64,000 nt of DNA from Octopus sinensis (lineage: Eukaryota): the NCBI RefSeq assembly GCF_006345805.1, contig NC_043002.1, forward strand, positions 91,698,001-91,762,000, read 5' to 3'. The translations under genes and the position numbers were made by a program. Of the stretch, positions 12,791 to 26,159 are shown in pieces (within the stretch, counting starts at the first letter, position 1; the number at the start of each line of letters is the position of its first letter). The notes under the pieces were generated by a model. That model had not been told where the DNA came from. It was given only the letters and a program-made list of their open reading frames with translations, and made no database searches.

Positions 12791-13429
12791 ATGTTCAGTT
12801 GGAAAGGAACTGCCGACTTTCAATTTCGGTTCGCTAGATTATCTATTTGTTCTTGCTTATAATTTCGGCTTAGCTTACTCTCTTAATGAGTAGCTGTAGG
12901 ATTTCAATCTCCTAAATCCCGCCTCAAATTTTGTAATAGGGTAGTGTTTATGCGTTCTATTCAGGTTGATTCTTCAGTTCACAAGCTTGTAGTATGGTTA
13001 GAAAATATGAATAACATATAACATCGTTATCAACTGCCCTTACGAGAACTCTACGATGCGGATAGTTTGCTTGATCGAGTTATAATTGGGTAAGCAATTG
13101 ACATTTGTTAGACAATGAGAAACACGCGAATAGATTTAAGAGACTCTTGCAAACTTCCTTTCGGATGCTAGTCCTATCAGATCCCGACGTACGTCTAAAA
13201 TAGCATTTCAGGCAAATCTCTAATACTAATGTACAACATGAAGCCAAAAAGTTATCCAGGCACTGAAAAAGCATATCTATCCAGTCCTCGTTAAAGTTTA
13301 TATGTCCTTCTTAGAGTACCGTCCAATCTTTGATCATCGTTCACACTGATAGCTAGATCAATGATAACTGATCTGCTATACAGGTCAAGAACCATCGAAC
13401 TTAGCTGGGTATAGCTCTGCGGCTGTAGT

Positions 13430-14880
13430 TATGGTTTTTTGCACGCATGAATTACTGTCTTAACGTAGATATGAATATGAGGACGCAAGTATGGCTGAGT
13501 GTAGGCAGATGTAGCCGTGAAGAAGTTTGACTGTGAAATCATGTATAACATCATGGTTGCAAGCATAGAGGTGTGATTGCATGTATTAAGATGCAGAGTC
13601 AGATATAGCAGCGTGGTTGTGGGCATGATGATGTCGACGCAGGTACTGCTTTCTAGAAGCAGGCTGTTTATTTGAAAGATGGCTTTATAGTTGCGGGTGT
13701 CGCTATTATCGTCGTAGGTACATAGGTAGAGGCGTGGGAACTCAGGAATAAATAGGTAGTTACGGGTATAACAGTGTGGAAGCAGTTTTGGTTGAATGGA
13801 GACAGGTATGGCTGTGTGGATACAGGATTGGTGGTGCGAACGCTAGTGTGGAGGAGCAGGGGAATATATGGTGGTGAGTCTCAGACTATGGATATGTGGA
13901 CACAGATAGGGCAGTATGGACGCAGTTATGACTGTGTGATTGCAACTATGGTTGTGCATTTGTCGGTATGGTTATGCAGCCGTAGGTATCGCTGTGTGTA
14001 AGCCAGTGTGGCTGTGAATACTAAGGTATGTTAAAACAGTGAAGACGCTATGTGTTTCCAAGAATGACTACATTGAGGTAAGCATAGTTGTGCCGGAATG
14101 AAAACGTGAAAGTAAAGATGGCTGTATGATTGAAACTGGGACTCCGTCGGTTACAACGACGGAAGTTCCTGTTGATCCGATCGACGGAACAGCCTGATCA
14201 TGAGATTTACGTGTAAGTGGCTGAGCATTCCACAGACACGTGTACCCTTAACGTAGTTCTCAGAGAGACTCAGCGTGACACAGACTGTGACGAAACTGGC
14301 CCTTTGAAATACAGTGAACTGGAGCAACATGAAATAAAATATCTTACTGAAGGACACAACGCACTGCCGGGAATCGAACTCACGACCTTACGATCGTGAA
14401 TTGAATACATAAACCACGTATGACCGTAGGAGCGGTAGCGTGAACACATGCATTGCAGTGTGAATGCAGCTATGAATGTACGCTTGTATTTATGTCGGTG
14501 TGGATGTGGCTATAGCTGTCAGGAATGCAGATATGGATGTGTTGTTTCAAAAAGATCAAACAGGAGTCATAAATGGCTAAGTAGTTCCAGACTGGTCAAT
14601 ATGACGGCAAGTGTGGTTGTGTATTAATTTTTAGGTGTGACTGAATGGACAGGTATGTTTGTGTGAGCGAAAGTTTGGTTGTGGAATTCACTTACGTTTG
14701 TATGTAGGCAGATACGGTTGTATAGATAAACGTATAACTGTCGTTGATGCAGCTACGGATGTGTGATTGCAGGTATGGCACTGTATTTACCATACCTGTG
14801 TCCCGATGCGGATTTGGCTATGTAATTTCAGGTATGGCTATCTAGAAGCAGGTGTAGTTAATAAATGATTAATTTCTTCA
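13430..14880. repeat. Diverged GT-rich low-complexity/minisatellite tract (GCAGGTATGGCTGTG-like), interrupted by a SINE
   Basis: Recurrent GGTATGGCTGTG/GTGTGGTTGT motifs with no stable period. Confidence 0.5.
14136..14418 (-). mobile_element. tRNA-derived SINE, family A variant body
   Basis: Reverse complement of the body at 47870-48060, with a tRNA-like head (GTGAGTTCGATTCCCGG). Confidence 0.8.
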
Positions 14881-15960
14881 CTTCTCAATTACGTGGTTTC
14901 AGACTTGATTCTGCTGTGTGGTACTTTGGACAAATTCTTTAACCATAGTATAGGGACGACCAAAGTCTGCTGGTTGAAATTTGGTAGGTAGACACAGCGT
15001 AGAAGCTCTTCGGATGAACAGTTTTTGTTCTTGTTTTCTAGACTTAATCTGTCACCTGGTTTAACCACACAACCAGGAACATAGATGGATTTAGTAGCGT
15101 TCGTTGTTGAAAGTATTTGAACAAGGTAAATGTAATTTACACTGTAATTTTAAATGAACGCACAACATTGCTCACATCTTTGTCGATCACTAACATTTAG
15201 TATGTTATCAATACCGGTTACTACTGGTTACTGTCTCATTTGATGCTTCTTGTTATAATTCCAGACATGTTATAACTATTCCTCATAGATGTTGAAACAA
15301 TGACTGACCGTATTGTAGCTTGTCACGTGAAAACTCCCACCTGTTTGGTCAGAGGATCCTATTTCCTGACCTTCGAATGTAGAATGATCACTTGTAGTTT
15401 GGAATATATTTCACGAACACGCAACCTTTGGCTATATTATTGGGAGCCATACCCCTGATATCATCACAAATATTTGTCAACAGCATAATGTTGCTGACGA
15501 CATACGAAGAATAATAAAACCTGAAATCTTTACACTTCAAGTTCGTTTCAATCTCTGACCATGGGCGACCAGAAATATACCTTAGCAAACAATTAGGAAA
15601 GATCTAAACTCTACCCAGTTGCTGTACCATATGTGCCGACTTTATACTTAACATAATTCAATTTACTTCAGTAGTTACCAAACGTAGAAATTGAACTCAC
15701 GACTTCAGGAAAGCTTTCATCAGAGTTGTGCCAGAAGGAGTTTATAGCTAAGTTGCTACTCTTTGGGATGTATTCATCTTGTATCTTTTCTATTAAAAGT
15801 TTCCATTCAGACAATTCTACTATACTGGGCGTCGTCGGAAATCTTACTGAGGAAGAGGTTAGTTAACTGTATGCTGTTATTCCTAACTATACACTCACTT
15901 CAATGTAAAACCTCTTTAGCTTCCTACTTCGCGTATTGCACCACTACACACATATATTGG

Positions 15961-16153
15961 TTTCAAATTTTGGGGAGGGATTAAGTCGATTACATCGACC
16001 CCAATACTCGACTGGTAGTTATTTTATAGTAACTCCCGAAAGATGAAAGGTAAAAATCGACCTTGGCGGAATTTGAATTCAGAACGTAAAGACGGATGAA
16101 ATGCTTCTAAGCTTTTTGCCTGGCGTGCTTACTATTCTGCCAGCTCGCCGCCT
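15961..16153 (-). mobile_element. SINE family C (conserved central CTTTCATCCTTTCGGGGTCGATAAA domain)
   Basis: GGCGGCGAGCTGGCAGAAT head; homologous to 34039-34410 and many other copies. Confidence 0.8.
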
Positions 16154-16584
16154 TCCTGCACACCTATATTGTCTGCACGCAACCTTCTGCCAAATTTACA
16201 TTGCTTCCATGAGCAGAGAACTCAGCAATCTTTTCAAAGTTAACATAAAAAAGTTAACCTAAAATCCTTCAGCTGTAGAAACAGTCGATATACAATTGGG
16301 CGAAACACTATTTATGATATCCCTTCACCCAACACAAGCACTACATACTGGAATTATTTTAAAGTCGCTACAAAAGTTATACTTCACAATAATTAATACT
16401 TGCTCATGTTGACCTCACTGCAACCCAAAGATTTGATGTATTTCTAGGACAAGGGCGTATTTCAATTACACTACAGCTCAAGAACCCCTCAGCGGAGTAC
16501 TACTTACATATTTGGGTTGTATTTTCACTACTTCTAAATATATACAATCATTCTAGACTTGAATTAAACAAAACAAAAATATAT

Positions 16585-16735
16585 TGTACATTATTTAGAT
16601 TTGATGTATATTTGTCTTCATCTTGTTTGTTGTTAACACAACGTTTCGGACGATATATCCTCCCACCTTCAGCAGGTGTCTTGGGGAAATTTCGAACCTG
16701 GATTCTCATTCCTAAGGTATTTTACGATGTTATTA
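16585..16735 (-). mobile_element. Penelope-like pseudo-LTR fragment with degenerate minimal hammerhead
   Basis: Minus strand reads GACAC-CTGCTGA-AGG...CC-GAAACGTT-GTGTT (16680 to 16635). Core A6 is mutated. Confidence 0.55.
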
Positions 16736-17431
16736 TCACATCACCTTTCAAACCCTTATTATACCCTCTACTCAGTCATTAATTTCTATTATCGTCCCTC
16801 TATAAAAGTCTCATAACTAACTCTTCAATATTACTTGTCTGGGTTGGACTGAAAAGGTCATGATCGCCTTTGCTTCTCTTTCCGATTAATAAATTTAAAG
16901 ATAATTACAATCGCATCAAGATCAACATTCCATTTGATCTTCACTGGAATTGAAAACACAACTATCAACAATATCGTATCAATTCATTTAATTGTATCCA
17001 CATCCTACATAATATTGATTTGTACTTGAGTAAACAGCATATATTTAAGTTGTCAACTCATTTAAGTAAAGAATTGATTTGAAGTATTCTAATCTCAAAA
17101 TTACAGTATGATTTTAATAACATTCACTTTCCTCATCTGTATTAAAACGTTGATTTCTTACATTCTTATATATTAAGATTTTGCGAACATGCATAGATAC
17201 AACATACCTCTTAGCAATACGTCTTTTACATTTATTTCTGGATTTCAAAGCTTTCGTTATCTTCTTACAAACGTACGCACTTGAGTAAATATTCCAGGAT
17301 GTGCTTTAAACTTGAATGTTTATATACGATCTAATAATACAAGATTGAGAATATATTATATCGTAAATTCTAAACTGCAACAATTTCTCAAATTCTCACA
17401 ACATAATAAACAATATTCTTTTATTCTTTTT

Positions 17432-17808
17432 ACTTTTCAGTTGTTTGACTACCGCCATGCTGGAGCATCGCCTTGAAGGGAGGTTTTTTTAGTCGAAGAA
17501 TCGACCCCAATTCTTTGTAAGCCTAGTACATATACTATCGGTCTCTTTTGCGAAACCGCTAAGTTACGGGGATGTGAACACAGAAACATCGGTTGTCAAT
17601 CGATGGTGTGGAGGAGACAAACACACACACATATCTATATATATACGACGAGCTTCTTTCAGTTTTCGTCTACCAAATCCAGTCACAAGGCTTTGGTCGG
17701 TTTGAGGTTATTGTAGAAAAAACTTGCCCATGGTGCCACGCAGTGGGACTGAACCCGGAACCATGTGGTTGGAAAATAAGCTTCTTACCACACAGCCACG
17801 CCTGCGCC
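17432..17808 (-). mobile_element. SINE family B
   Basis: Homologous to 24843-25247. Confidence 0.8.
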
Positions 17809-17898
17809 TATAGTTTCTTATTTTCTCAGAATTTAGTAGGCCTTTGAAAGTACGTTTATACATAAATATTTTACATGGATTTTCGTCGTAATAAGAAT

Positions 17899-17924
<26 letters not shown>

Positions 17925-17933
<9 letters not shown>

Positions 17934-18146
17934 ATATCTTTGTTTGTCTGTGTTTTGTCTCCCTAACATCGCTTGAGGAGCGATGCTGGTGTATTTTCGT
18001 CCCCGTAACTTAGCGGTTCGGCAAAAGAGACCGATATAATAAGTACTAGGCTTACAAAGAATAAATCCTGGGGTCGATTTGTTCGATTAAAGGCGGTGCT
18101 CCGGCATGGCAGCAGTCAAATGTCTGAAACAAGTAAAAGAATAAGG
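17925..18146 (+). mobile_element. SINE family B, 3' half
   Basis: CTTAGCGGTTCGGCAAAAGAGACCGAT...CTGAAACAAGTAAAAGA. Confidence 0.8.
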
Positions 18147-19776
18147 AGTACATATATATAATATGAAAGTGTACATGTGCAGGTATGTGTGCGCGCGTGT
18201 GTGAGTGTGTGTCTATGTTCTATGATATGCACGTGTGTAGCTTTTTACCTTACCATTTCCGAGTTCTACCTGGTGTGTTGTCTCTATGCCTGAAGAGAGC
18301 AAGTAAAGAATCGAGGCATCGGAGAGAAGTACAATTAATGAAAATTATAAATGACATCTGAGTCTACCTTGCTTAGAATGAGGGAACAAGATCGATTTTT
18401 ACCAACGGCTCATTGAACTTTACATATTTTTACTCTGTAGAAAATATTCTGTCAGTAGTACCAGAAGGATTTTGACATAAATTTTGAGAACACAGTTCAT
18501 TTCGACTTTTTTGCATCCTTCTTGAGGTAATATAACTCTCACTACCTTAATATATCATTCTGAGATTTTTTTTCTTGAAAGCACATTTTTTTTTCCTTTT
18601 AGTAATATTTCCTAAAAGGTGAATGACGAAAATACAAATTTTAAAACAAATCAACGCAAATTTTAAAACATTATTTCAAATTTCTTTTAACACGCTAACC
18701 ACACTTACAAAGAAAAAAAAAAACCATATGCGGTTACATTTTTCGTAATAATAACTCCTGCATTGAATGGCCAGTGGACATGAAACATTCGTTCTCCTGC
18801 TGCTACCGTTAGAGTTAGTTTAGACAAATGACTACAATTAATCTCAAATATATGTATGTTTCAATGTATATAAGTATAACGCACATCTGTTTACGTACAC
18901 TTTAACACAGACACACACAAAATTTCGTGTATGTTACATTATATATCAACAGGAAATAATGACGTGATGTTTGATGATAGACGACAGAAAAGTGAATGAT
19001 GATCATATAAGAAATGACGATGTCAGCAGTATTTGTTATTAGTTTTTTTTTGTTTTTTGTTTTTTTTAAGGGTAGAGTATGATTTGATGAAATCTGTCTG
19101 CTATATATATAGCAACTTGAGTAGCCATGTAGAGCTTACCTTGTTCATGTTCAGAAAATTTGACTTCCAAAATAATCCATGCCTTCATCTTTTTCTAACT
19201 TTTCCTCATCTCACACATCTCTCTGTCTCTCTTTCTCTCTCTTCCTCTCTCTCCCGCGCGCGCTCTCTCTCCCGCGCGCGCTCTCTCTCTCTCTGCCCCT
19301 CTCACTCTTCCTCTCTCTCCCGCGCTCTCTCTCTCTCTCTCTGCCCCTCTCACTCTTCCTCTCTCTTTCTTTCTCTATCTGCAATGTTTCTTTTTATTGC
19401 GCCTGAAAACAAATAAAAAGTAAAGAATTATTAAGTAACTCTGTCTCCAGACTCCAAACTTAGTGAAGAGTTGTATAATCAATGGAATCGATTCCAGTAA
19501 CACGACTGACACTTGTTCTATCGATCTTGGAAAGATGAAAGGCAAAGCCAACCTGTTTCTGTTTCAATGTGAAGAAATTGAAGATTTTTTTTGGTGCCTA
19601 ATGGAGAGAATAATCATCTCAATAAACGTACATTTTAACTTGTTTCTCGTGATTAAAAAGCTTCTTTTACACTCTAACATTAGAATAGAATCGTCGAAGG
19701 TACAGCAAGAACAGCGATAATGTTTAGAAATCATAATAAATGAATGTTCTTGTGTCTTGGCAGAGTCACTATGCCA

Positions 19777-21415
19777 ATAATAATAATACTTACTTTATTG
19801 GTCATAACGGCCGAACACAAAACATAATAGACAATCCACAGACGAGGGACAGTGTGGTCATACGTGTAAACAGTAAAACACAACAATTAACAAGGAAAAT
19901 CACCCAACTATATATAATTCCCCAATAGGGGGAGATCCACCGAGTCGCCCAACTATATATAATTCCCCAATAGGGGGAGATCCACCGAGTGGTGACCAAA
20001 ACAACCTCACTCACTTTGGTCTCCTAACACCAAAGCATCTCAGGTAGGCACCCCTCTCCTCCTCACTCCATCCGGTCAATAGGCGCACGTTTAGAGTAGG
20101 CCCTTACTACATTCACTCACCTTTCGACAAACTTATTGGATAACAGCACCCCACTCTGCAGTCTCACCTTCATTCATTTTCAGGTGGAACATGAAAATGT
20201 CAATGAGGCCTTGGCCAAAGAGGAAGGTACCCGTCTTCAACCCTTTCAATCGCGTTCACCATACGACTTCTTTCGTCAAAGACACCAGACAAGGAAAAAC
20301 TGCTTTTCCTTCCCGGAGAGTCTGACGATAGCCGGATCCGTCCTACACTTGACAATAACTGTTCGACGAAGCTCCACATGTCAGCAATGAGCAGACACTA
20401 TTAGTGCATGCACAACGGTTTTCTCGCTCCGGATGCACTACGGACAAGACTGTTTGTAGAGTTTATCACGAAGTGGCAGCGACATCGCCCCCGGTAGCCC
20501 TACCAGGCCGGTGCTTTCTGCAGATTATCCATAGACCCCGGCCCGAATGTTCTCTAGAAGGGACCAGCAAGTTGATCCCTCCCAACGCCCAGAGTCTCTC
20601 CGAGATCGTCGTTATTCTTGCCTTCCACTAATCCCCTATAGAACTCAAAGGTGGAACTTCCATCGACAGCATTGCCCGACTGGCTGAGGGTCGTGAGCGC
20701 TTGGAGAAACTAGGTGTCAAGCGCCCTATTTCGGTCTACGCCTGATCCAGGACTTTAGCTCCGTCAAAGAGACGAGCAGCGGAAAAGCGTGTCTAACAAA
20801 CGGCGACCACACATGCTCACTGCTAAGGTAACGCTTGAAATGTTGCGGCCGCAGCGCATGCCTGCGCATCATCAGCCACGGCATGCCCAGTCTTCCACGC
20901 AGCGGGTGCTAACAGCAAATGGACCGTCTGACAAGCGGTACCCGTCCCTTTCACAAGAAGCAGAAGAGCAAGAGCACCAGCCTCTTTAGCCACGAAGTGG
21001 GGCAAGAAACGACAGCCAGGCGGTAGTTTATGACGGATGCAATGCATTCATTCACTATCCCGCCCGTCATCTTCCTCTCGGCCCATTTCTAGGCGAGATT
21101 GGCCACCCTCTCTGTCACCACTCCCCATTTCTTGTCCACCTGAAGGTTCGGAGCAAACTAGACCCAGAGCAACTTAACCGGTTCTTCCACCCAGCACCCA
21201 CAACACTGCCGGTCGGTATGGACCTACCTGTCCAAGTGTCGAGCTACAGGCCCACTGATTTCTCCTGGTTAATCATTGCTCCTATCACTGCTTTGTATTC
21301 CCTTAGCGGAGTGCCGACTATCTCTATTTCAGAGACATCCGATACTATCACAGTGACATCGTCCGCATACGCTGAAAAACCTCTTCTGGATCCTAGCTCA
21401 CGCGGGATGCCCCTC
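19777..21415 (-). mobile_element. 5'-truncated L1/Tx1-clade LINE (RT C-terminus, zinc knuckle, 3' UTR), degenerate
   Basis: Minus frames: SAYADDVTVIVSD (YADD at 21358-21369), INQEKSVGL, SVINYRLAVVSCP...FL*KGRVPLVRRSICC*HPLRGRLGMPWL, CP*C...ETVVHAL-like knuckle, TKEVVW*TRLKG. AATAAA near 19798 and an (ATT)n tail. Multiple stops and frameshifts. Confidence 0.85.
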
Positions 21416-21416
21416 T

Positions 21417-21424
21417 TGTTGTTG

Positions 21425-21465
<41 letters not shown>

Positions 21466-22060
21466 ATTATTATTATTATTGTTGTTGTTGTTGCTGTTGT
21501 TGTTATTTATTGTCTTTGCATAGCTTTTAACGCTGGAGGTGTACTACGGTGCCAGCTGTTCACTACCAGAGAACTAAGGTAACACCCCTTATTTTTCGAG
21601 CACTATCCGGAATATTCGAGCGGTTGCAAGCAGTGCTGTTTTGTGCTAGTGTTTCATTCTTATTGCAGTTCCTATTTGTTCCATGTATTTCTCAAGAGTT
21701 TTACTCACTGTTCCCAGGGTTCCGACATTTATTGGTACTACTACCACCTTTTTCAGCGACCAGAACTGCTTAATCTCCCGAGCAAACCTGTTATATCTAT
21801 TGACTTTTCTTTCTTCCTTATCGCATACCTTGTAGTCAGCTGGGCATGCTATACCTTTGATCCAGCATTGTTTGCTTTCTTTCTCAATTAATACTATTTC
21901 TGGCTTCCTATTCTCTATCTTATGGTCGCACTGAATCATAAAATCCCATAGGATCTTTGCATTATCATTTTCGGTGATGCCTTCAGGTTTATGTTCGTAG
22001 TAAATTTTTTGCTCTGTCAAGTCCATACCTGTTTCACAGTATCCAATGGACAATCCTTTC
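21417..22060 (-). mobile_element. 5'-truncated R4/Dong-like RLE non-LTR retrotransposon 3' end with (TAA)n tail
   Basis: ORF 21646-22053: KILWDFMIQCDHKIENRKPEIVLIEKE...IACPADYKVCDKEERKVNRY...EIKQFWSLKKVVVVPINVGTLG, then KTALLATARI. This is a restriction-like endonuclease domain. Confidence 0.85.
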
Positions 22061-22073
22061 TATCTTATTATCA

Positions 22074-22118
<45 letters not shown>

Positions 22119-22143
22119 TATTATTATTATTATTATTATTATT

Positions 22144-22699
22144 GAGTGAGAGAGCAGTTCATGCCATCAAAGTGACACTGGGGTAAAACATACGAAGCCC
22201 AATATACCCATCATGACTACCCGTCTGATAAAGGTACACCAGGCACATGCATCACAACCATATGTGCGCGACATAGTGATCTCATATCAAGATAAACAGC
22301 ACATGACCTTGCAGGTGGGGCCCAGTTAGAATATTCTTCAGGTTGAGTAGCCCATCCCGCTCAAAAGGTCCCTGATTAAGGGTTGTTTAAGAATGTTGAA
22401 AGAACCACCCATATTTCCAGAGGTGAATTATTCAAACCCCAAAGAATCCCTCTCAACACATGGCTATGATGCTCCCCCACTACTTCTGCCCGTGATCAGA
22501 GATGCACATATCGTCAGCCACTAAGGGACATGCTCAACTGGTTAAGGTCAAACAACTGACAAGCAAATCTGTGGTATTGAACAGAATATTTGCTGTAGCC
22601 CATCTTTTATACTAAGACAAAACAATGTACATGATAACACTTCCAATCAGTTAAGATCAGAAGCCATGAGAGCCGCTGCCTGGTACTGCATCAGGGCAT
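22144..22699 (-). mobile_element. ~555-bp interspersed repeat family D (SINE-like, TAA tail), copy 1
   Basis: Homologous to 36435-36990 (+) and nearly identical to 22775-23329. Confidence 0.8.
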
Positions 22700-22702
22700 C
22701 TT

Positions 22703-22774
<72 letters not shown>

Positions 22775-23329
22775 GAGTGAGAGAGCAGTTCATGCCATCA
22801 AAGTGACACTGGGGTAAAACATACGAAGCCCAATATACCCATCATGACTACCCGTCTGATAAAGGTACACCAGGCACATGCATCACAACCATATGTGCGC
22901 GACATAGTGATCTCATATCAAGATAAACAGCACATGACCTTGCAGGTGGGGCCCAGTTAGAATATTCTTCAGGTTGAGTAGCCATCCCGCTCAAAAGGTC
23001 CCTGATTAAGGGTTGTTTAAGAATGTTGAAAGAACCACCCATATTTCCAGAGGTGAATTATTCAAACCCCAAAGAATCCCTCTCAACACATGGCTATGAT
23101 GCTCCCCCACTACTTCTGCCCGTGATCAGAGATGCACATATCGTCAGCCACTAAGGGACATGCTCAACTGGTTAAGGTCAAACAACTGACAAGCAAATCT
23201 GTGGTATTGAACAGAATATTTGCTGTAGCCCATCTTTTATACTAAGACAAAACAATGTACATGATAACACTTCCAATCAGTTAAGATCAGAAGCCATGAG
23301 AGCCGCTGCCTGGTACTGCATCAGGGCAT
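22775..23329 (-). mobile_element. Family D repeat, copy 2 (tandem duplicate, period 631 bp)
   Basis: Near-identical to 22144-22699, including the flanking CTTTTTGTTATT. Confidence 0.8.
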
Positions 23330-23332
23330 CTT

Positions 23333-23402
<70 letters not shown>

Positions 23403-23404
23403 GA

Positions 23405-23690
23405 TGTTTGTTGTCGTTGTTGTTGCTATTTCTTTTTATCACAGGTTTTGCTCGAATTCCTGGAGTCTTACATGCGTAGCGGGCTTGCTACCTGCAGCCT
23501 ACGGTACCATATTATCCATTCTTTTCAGCAAACACTTTCCCGAGTATTCTGGCCGTACCAAGGAGGTAAACCTTTTGAAACAATTCGACTGGGCATTCTA
23601 TTTCAATTTCCTTTATGTTCACCTTTATTCCTTCTGATACTGTTTCCAAAGACCGAACCATAATTGGTACTATCTTCACCTTCTTCATTT
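23405..23690 (-). mobile_element. 3' fragment of R4/Dong-like RLE LINE
   Basis: Minus frame IVPIMVRSLETVSEGIKVNIKEIEIECPVELFQKVYLLGTARILGKVF. Confidence 0.75.
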
Positions 23691-23710
23691 TCCATAGCCG
23701 GACTATTTCG

Positions 23711-24001
23711 TAATTAGGAGGGGCAAAGGGGCATGTAACATCGACTATATAGTCGATTAAACTAATCGATTGTTTGTTTAATATGTTGCTTAAGCAATCA
23801 AATGTTGTTTGTTCATCAGAGTACTTTCGTCGCTGTTCGCCACCTTTTTAGTGACCCGTGAGTTCCCTAATCGCTCCAACAAAAACAGGCCTTGGAGCAA
23901 ATAAGGCTACTGTAAAGATCGTGAAAGCGACGAAAAACTTTGACGAACAAACCGATTGGTTTTTTAACTAACACGTTAAACAAACGATCAATTCCCTAAT
24001 T
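23711..24001. repeat. Diverged inverted-repeat (MITE-like) segment
   Basis: AATTAGG/CCCTAATT outer match; 23808-23834 pairs with 23926-23951; ATCGATTGTTTGTTAA pairs with TTAAACAAACGAT. Confidence 0.5.
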
Positions 24002-24842
24002 CATTAATGATAATAATTTACTAATAATAATAATAATAATAAAGAAGTGAAATTGAACCCGTGCGTGTGTTATTATTATTAGAGTAATGACTTTCCCATG
24101 GCACAACAAAATTTGCTCGAGCATAAGTATTCTTGTCAAGAATATTGTAAACCAAATACAAAAACGAAATATCGTAAATAATTACATTAAAATGTACCTG
24201 ATCAAAATATGTCTAAAATGTTGAGTATAATTTGTTTTATTCTTTTTCCCCTTTGTATAATATAAAAACTGCTGCGTCGTTGATATCATTATTCTTCATG
24301 TTATTATTTATAATTTATTTGGTTATTTAGTTACTATTCATTTTAATATTTTTGCTTCAGGGTTAAGATTGCTTCTTCTTAATATTGATATGAAAGCTAT
24401 TTTTGTTGTATCTAATATGTACATCTGGTCTGTAGTGACGACGATACATTCGATTACTTGCCGAAGCTAGTAGCTAGGTGTTGCACTAATATCAGTCTGG
24501 TTATTTGCCCCAATGTTATACATCCCAGAAAAATGAAAGCTTAAATTAACATTGACAAGACACTAACATAGAGCCGTGTGGTTTCACAACGACTGTTTCT
24601 CCCCGTCTTTAGGTGAAATTTTCTCTTCTTATATATTAGAAGAAAGCGACATATATCGCGTGATGCTTGTGGCAAGACTACCCAGACTGACCTGTTAGTA
24701 ATTCTCTCGTTGCCTTAATATCACAGGTTGTTTTTGTGCATAACTAATTTGATCTGACATTGTGTGATGTGATTAAAGTACCTCATCGAGATAGAGTCAT
24801 TGTATTCATAAAATAATACATGTGCACTATCATATTCAGTCT

Positions 24843-25247
24843 TACTCTTTACTCTTTACTCTTTTACTTGTTTCAGTCATTTGACTGCGGCCATGCTGGA
24901 GCACCGCCTTTAGTCGAGCAAATCGACCCCAGGACTTATTCTTTGTAAGCCCAGTACTTATTCTATCAGTCTCTTTTGCCGAACCGCTAAGTGACGGGGA
25001 CGTAAACACACCAGCATCGGTAGTCAAGCAATGCTAGGGGGACAAACACAGACACACAAACATATATATATATATACATATATACGACAGGCTTCTTTCA
25101 GTTTCCGTCTACCAAATCCACTCACAAGGCATTGGTCGGCCCGGGGTTATAGCAGAAGACACTTGCCCAAGATGTCACGCAGTGGGACTGAACCCGGAAC
25201 CATGTGGTTGGTTAGCAAGCTACTTACCACACAGCCACTCCTGCGCC
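24843..25247 (-). mobile_element. SINE family B, full length
   Basis: Minus strand GGAGTGGCTGTGTGGTAAGTAGCTTGCT...CTGAAACAAGTAAAAGAGTAAAAGAGT. Confidence 0.9.
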
Positions 25248-25762
25248 TTATTTGATAACTAACTTAAAAGTCGCCTTCCGTGTGGAGTTTTCGGTTGACT
25301 CCTGCGGAGAGCTAATTGAGCCTGCGGCCCAAAACTGTAGAGGCCAATAATAATAAGGCATTTATTGGTACCCTACCAATATGGTATTACTTTAAATTCA
25401 GTTGAAATTAAAAACTTGTAAGTTCACAAATTTTAGGAATTCTTTTAAAATTTGAATACTTAACTGTTTCCATATAACAAATCCTCATCCAGACCTGATC
25501 CCAGTGCTGGATGTTCAAGGACCAAATAAAGTGCATATTTTCAATCCTGGGATTATCTTGATTTCAAAAAGATATTATATGTATAATATGTCTATGTAGA
25601 GCAAATGTAGACTGAGATACTGAGGTCCCGAGCGGACAGTTAAGATTTCGCGTTTATTATTATAGACTAGCTATTTTGACCCGTGCTTCACTCGGGTTTT
25701 GGTGGTGGTGTTGTTTTGTGTGTGTTGTCTCCTTTTCCTTTTCTTCTTTTGTTCGTCTTCTG

Positions 25763-25988
25763 AGCAGGATGGACTACTCATCCTGAAGAAAATTCTAACT
25801 GGGCCCCACCCGCAAAGTCATGCGATGTTTATCTTGATATGAGATCACCATTTCGCGCACATGTAGTTGTGATGCATGTGCCTGGTGCACCCTAACGAGA
25901 CGGGTAGTGATGATGGTTATACTGGGCTTCGTAAATTTTACCCCATTGTCACTTTGATAGTATGCACTGCTCTCTCACTCACTCACTC

Positions 25989-25990
<2 letters not shown>
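25763..25990 (+). mobile_element. Family D repeat, 3' fragment with long (AAT)n tail
   Basis: CCTGAAGAAAATTCTAACTGGGCCCCACC...TCTCTCACTC, followed by (AAT)n to about 26095. Confidence 0.75.
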
Positions 25991-26087
<97 letters not shown>

Positions 26088-26118
26088 TATAATTATAATT
26101 ATAATGATTATAATAATA

Positions 26119-26154
<36 letters not shown>

Positions 26155-26159
<5 letters not shown>

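Noticed and set aside
18285-18330. CCTGAAGAGAG...CGAGGCATCGGAG as a Penelope-type ribozyme relic
   Set aside because: GAAA is absent and stem II does not pair, so it is too degenerate to support.
23808-23834. Minus-strand GAAA-GTACT-CTGATGA as a hammerhead
   Set aside because: Only 5 nt separate GAAA from CUGAUGA, too few for stems III and I. It is explained as part of an inverted repeat.
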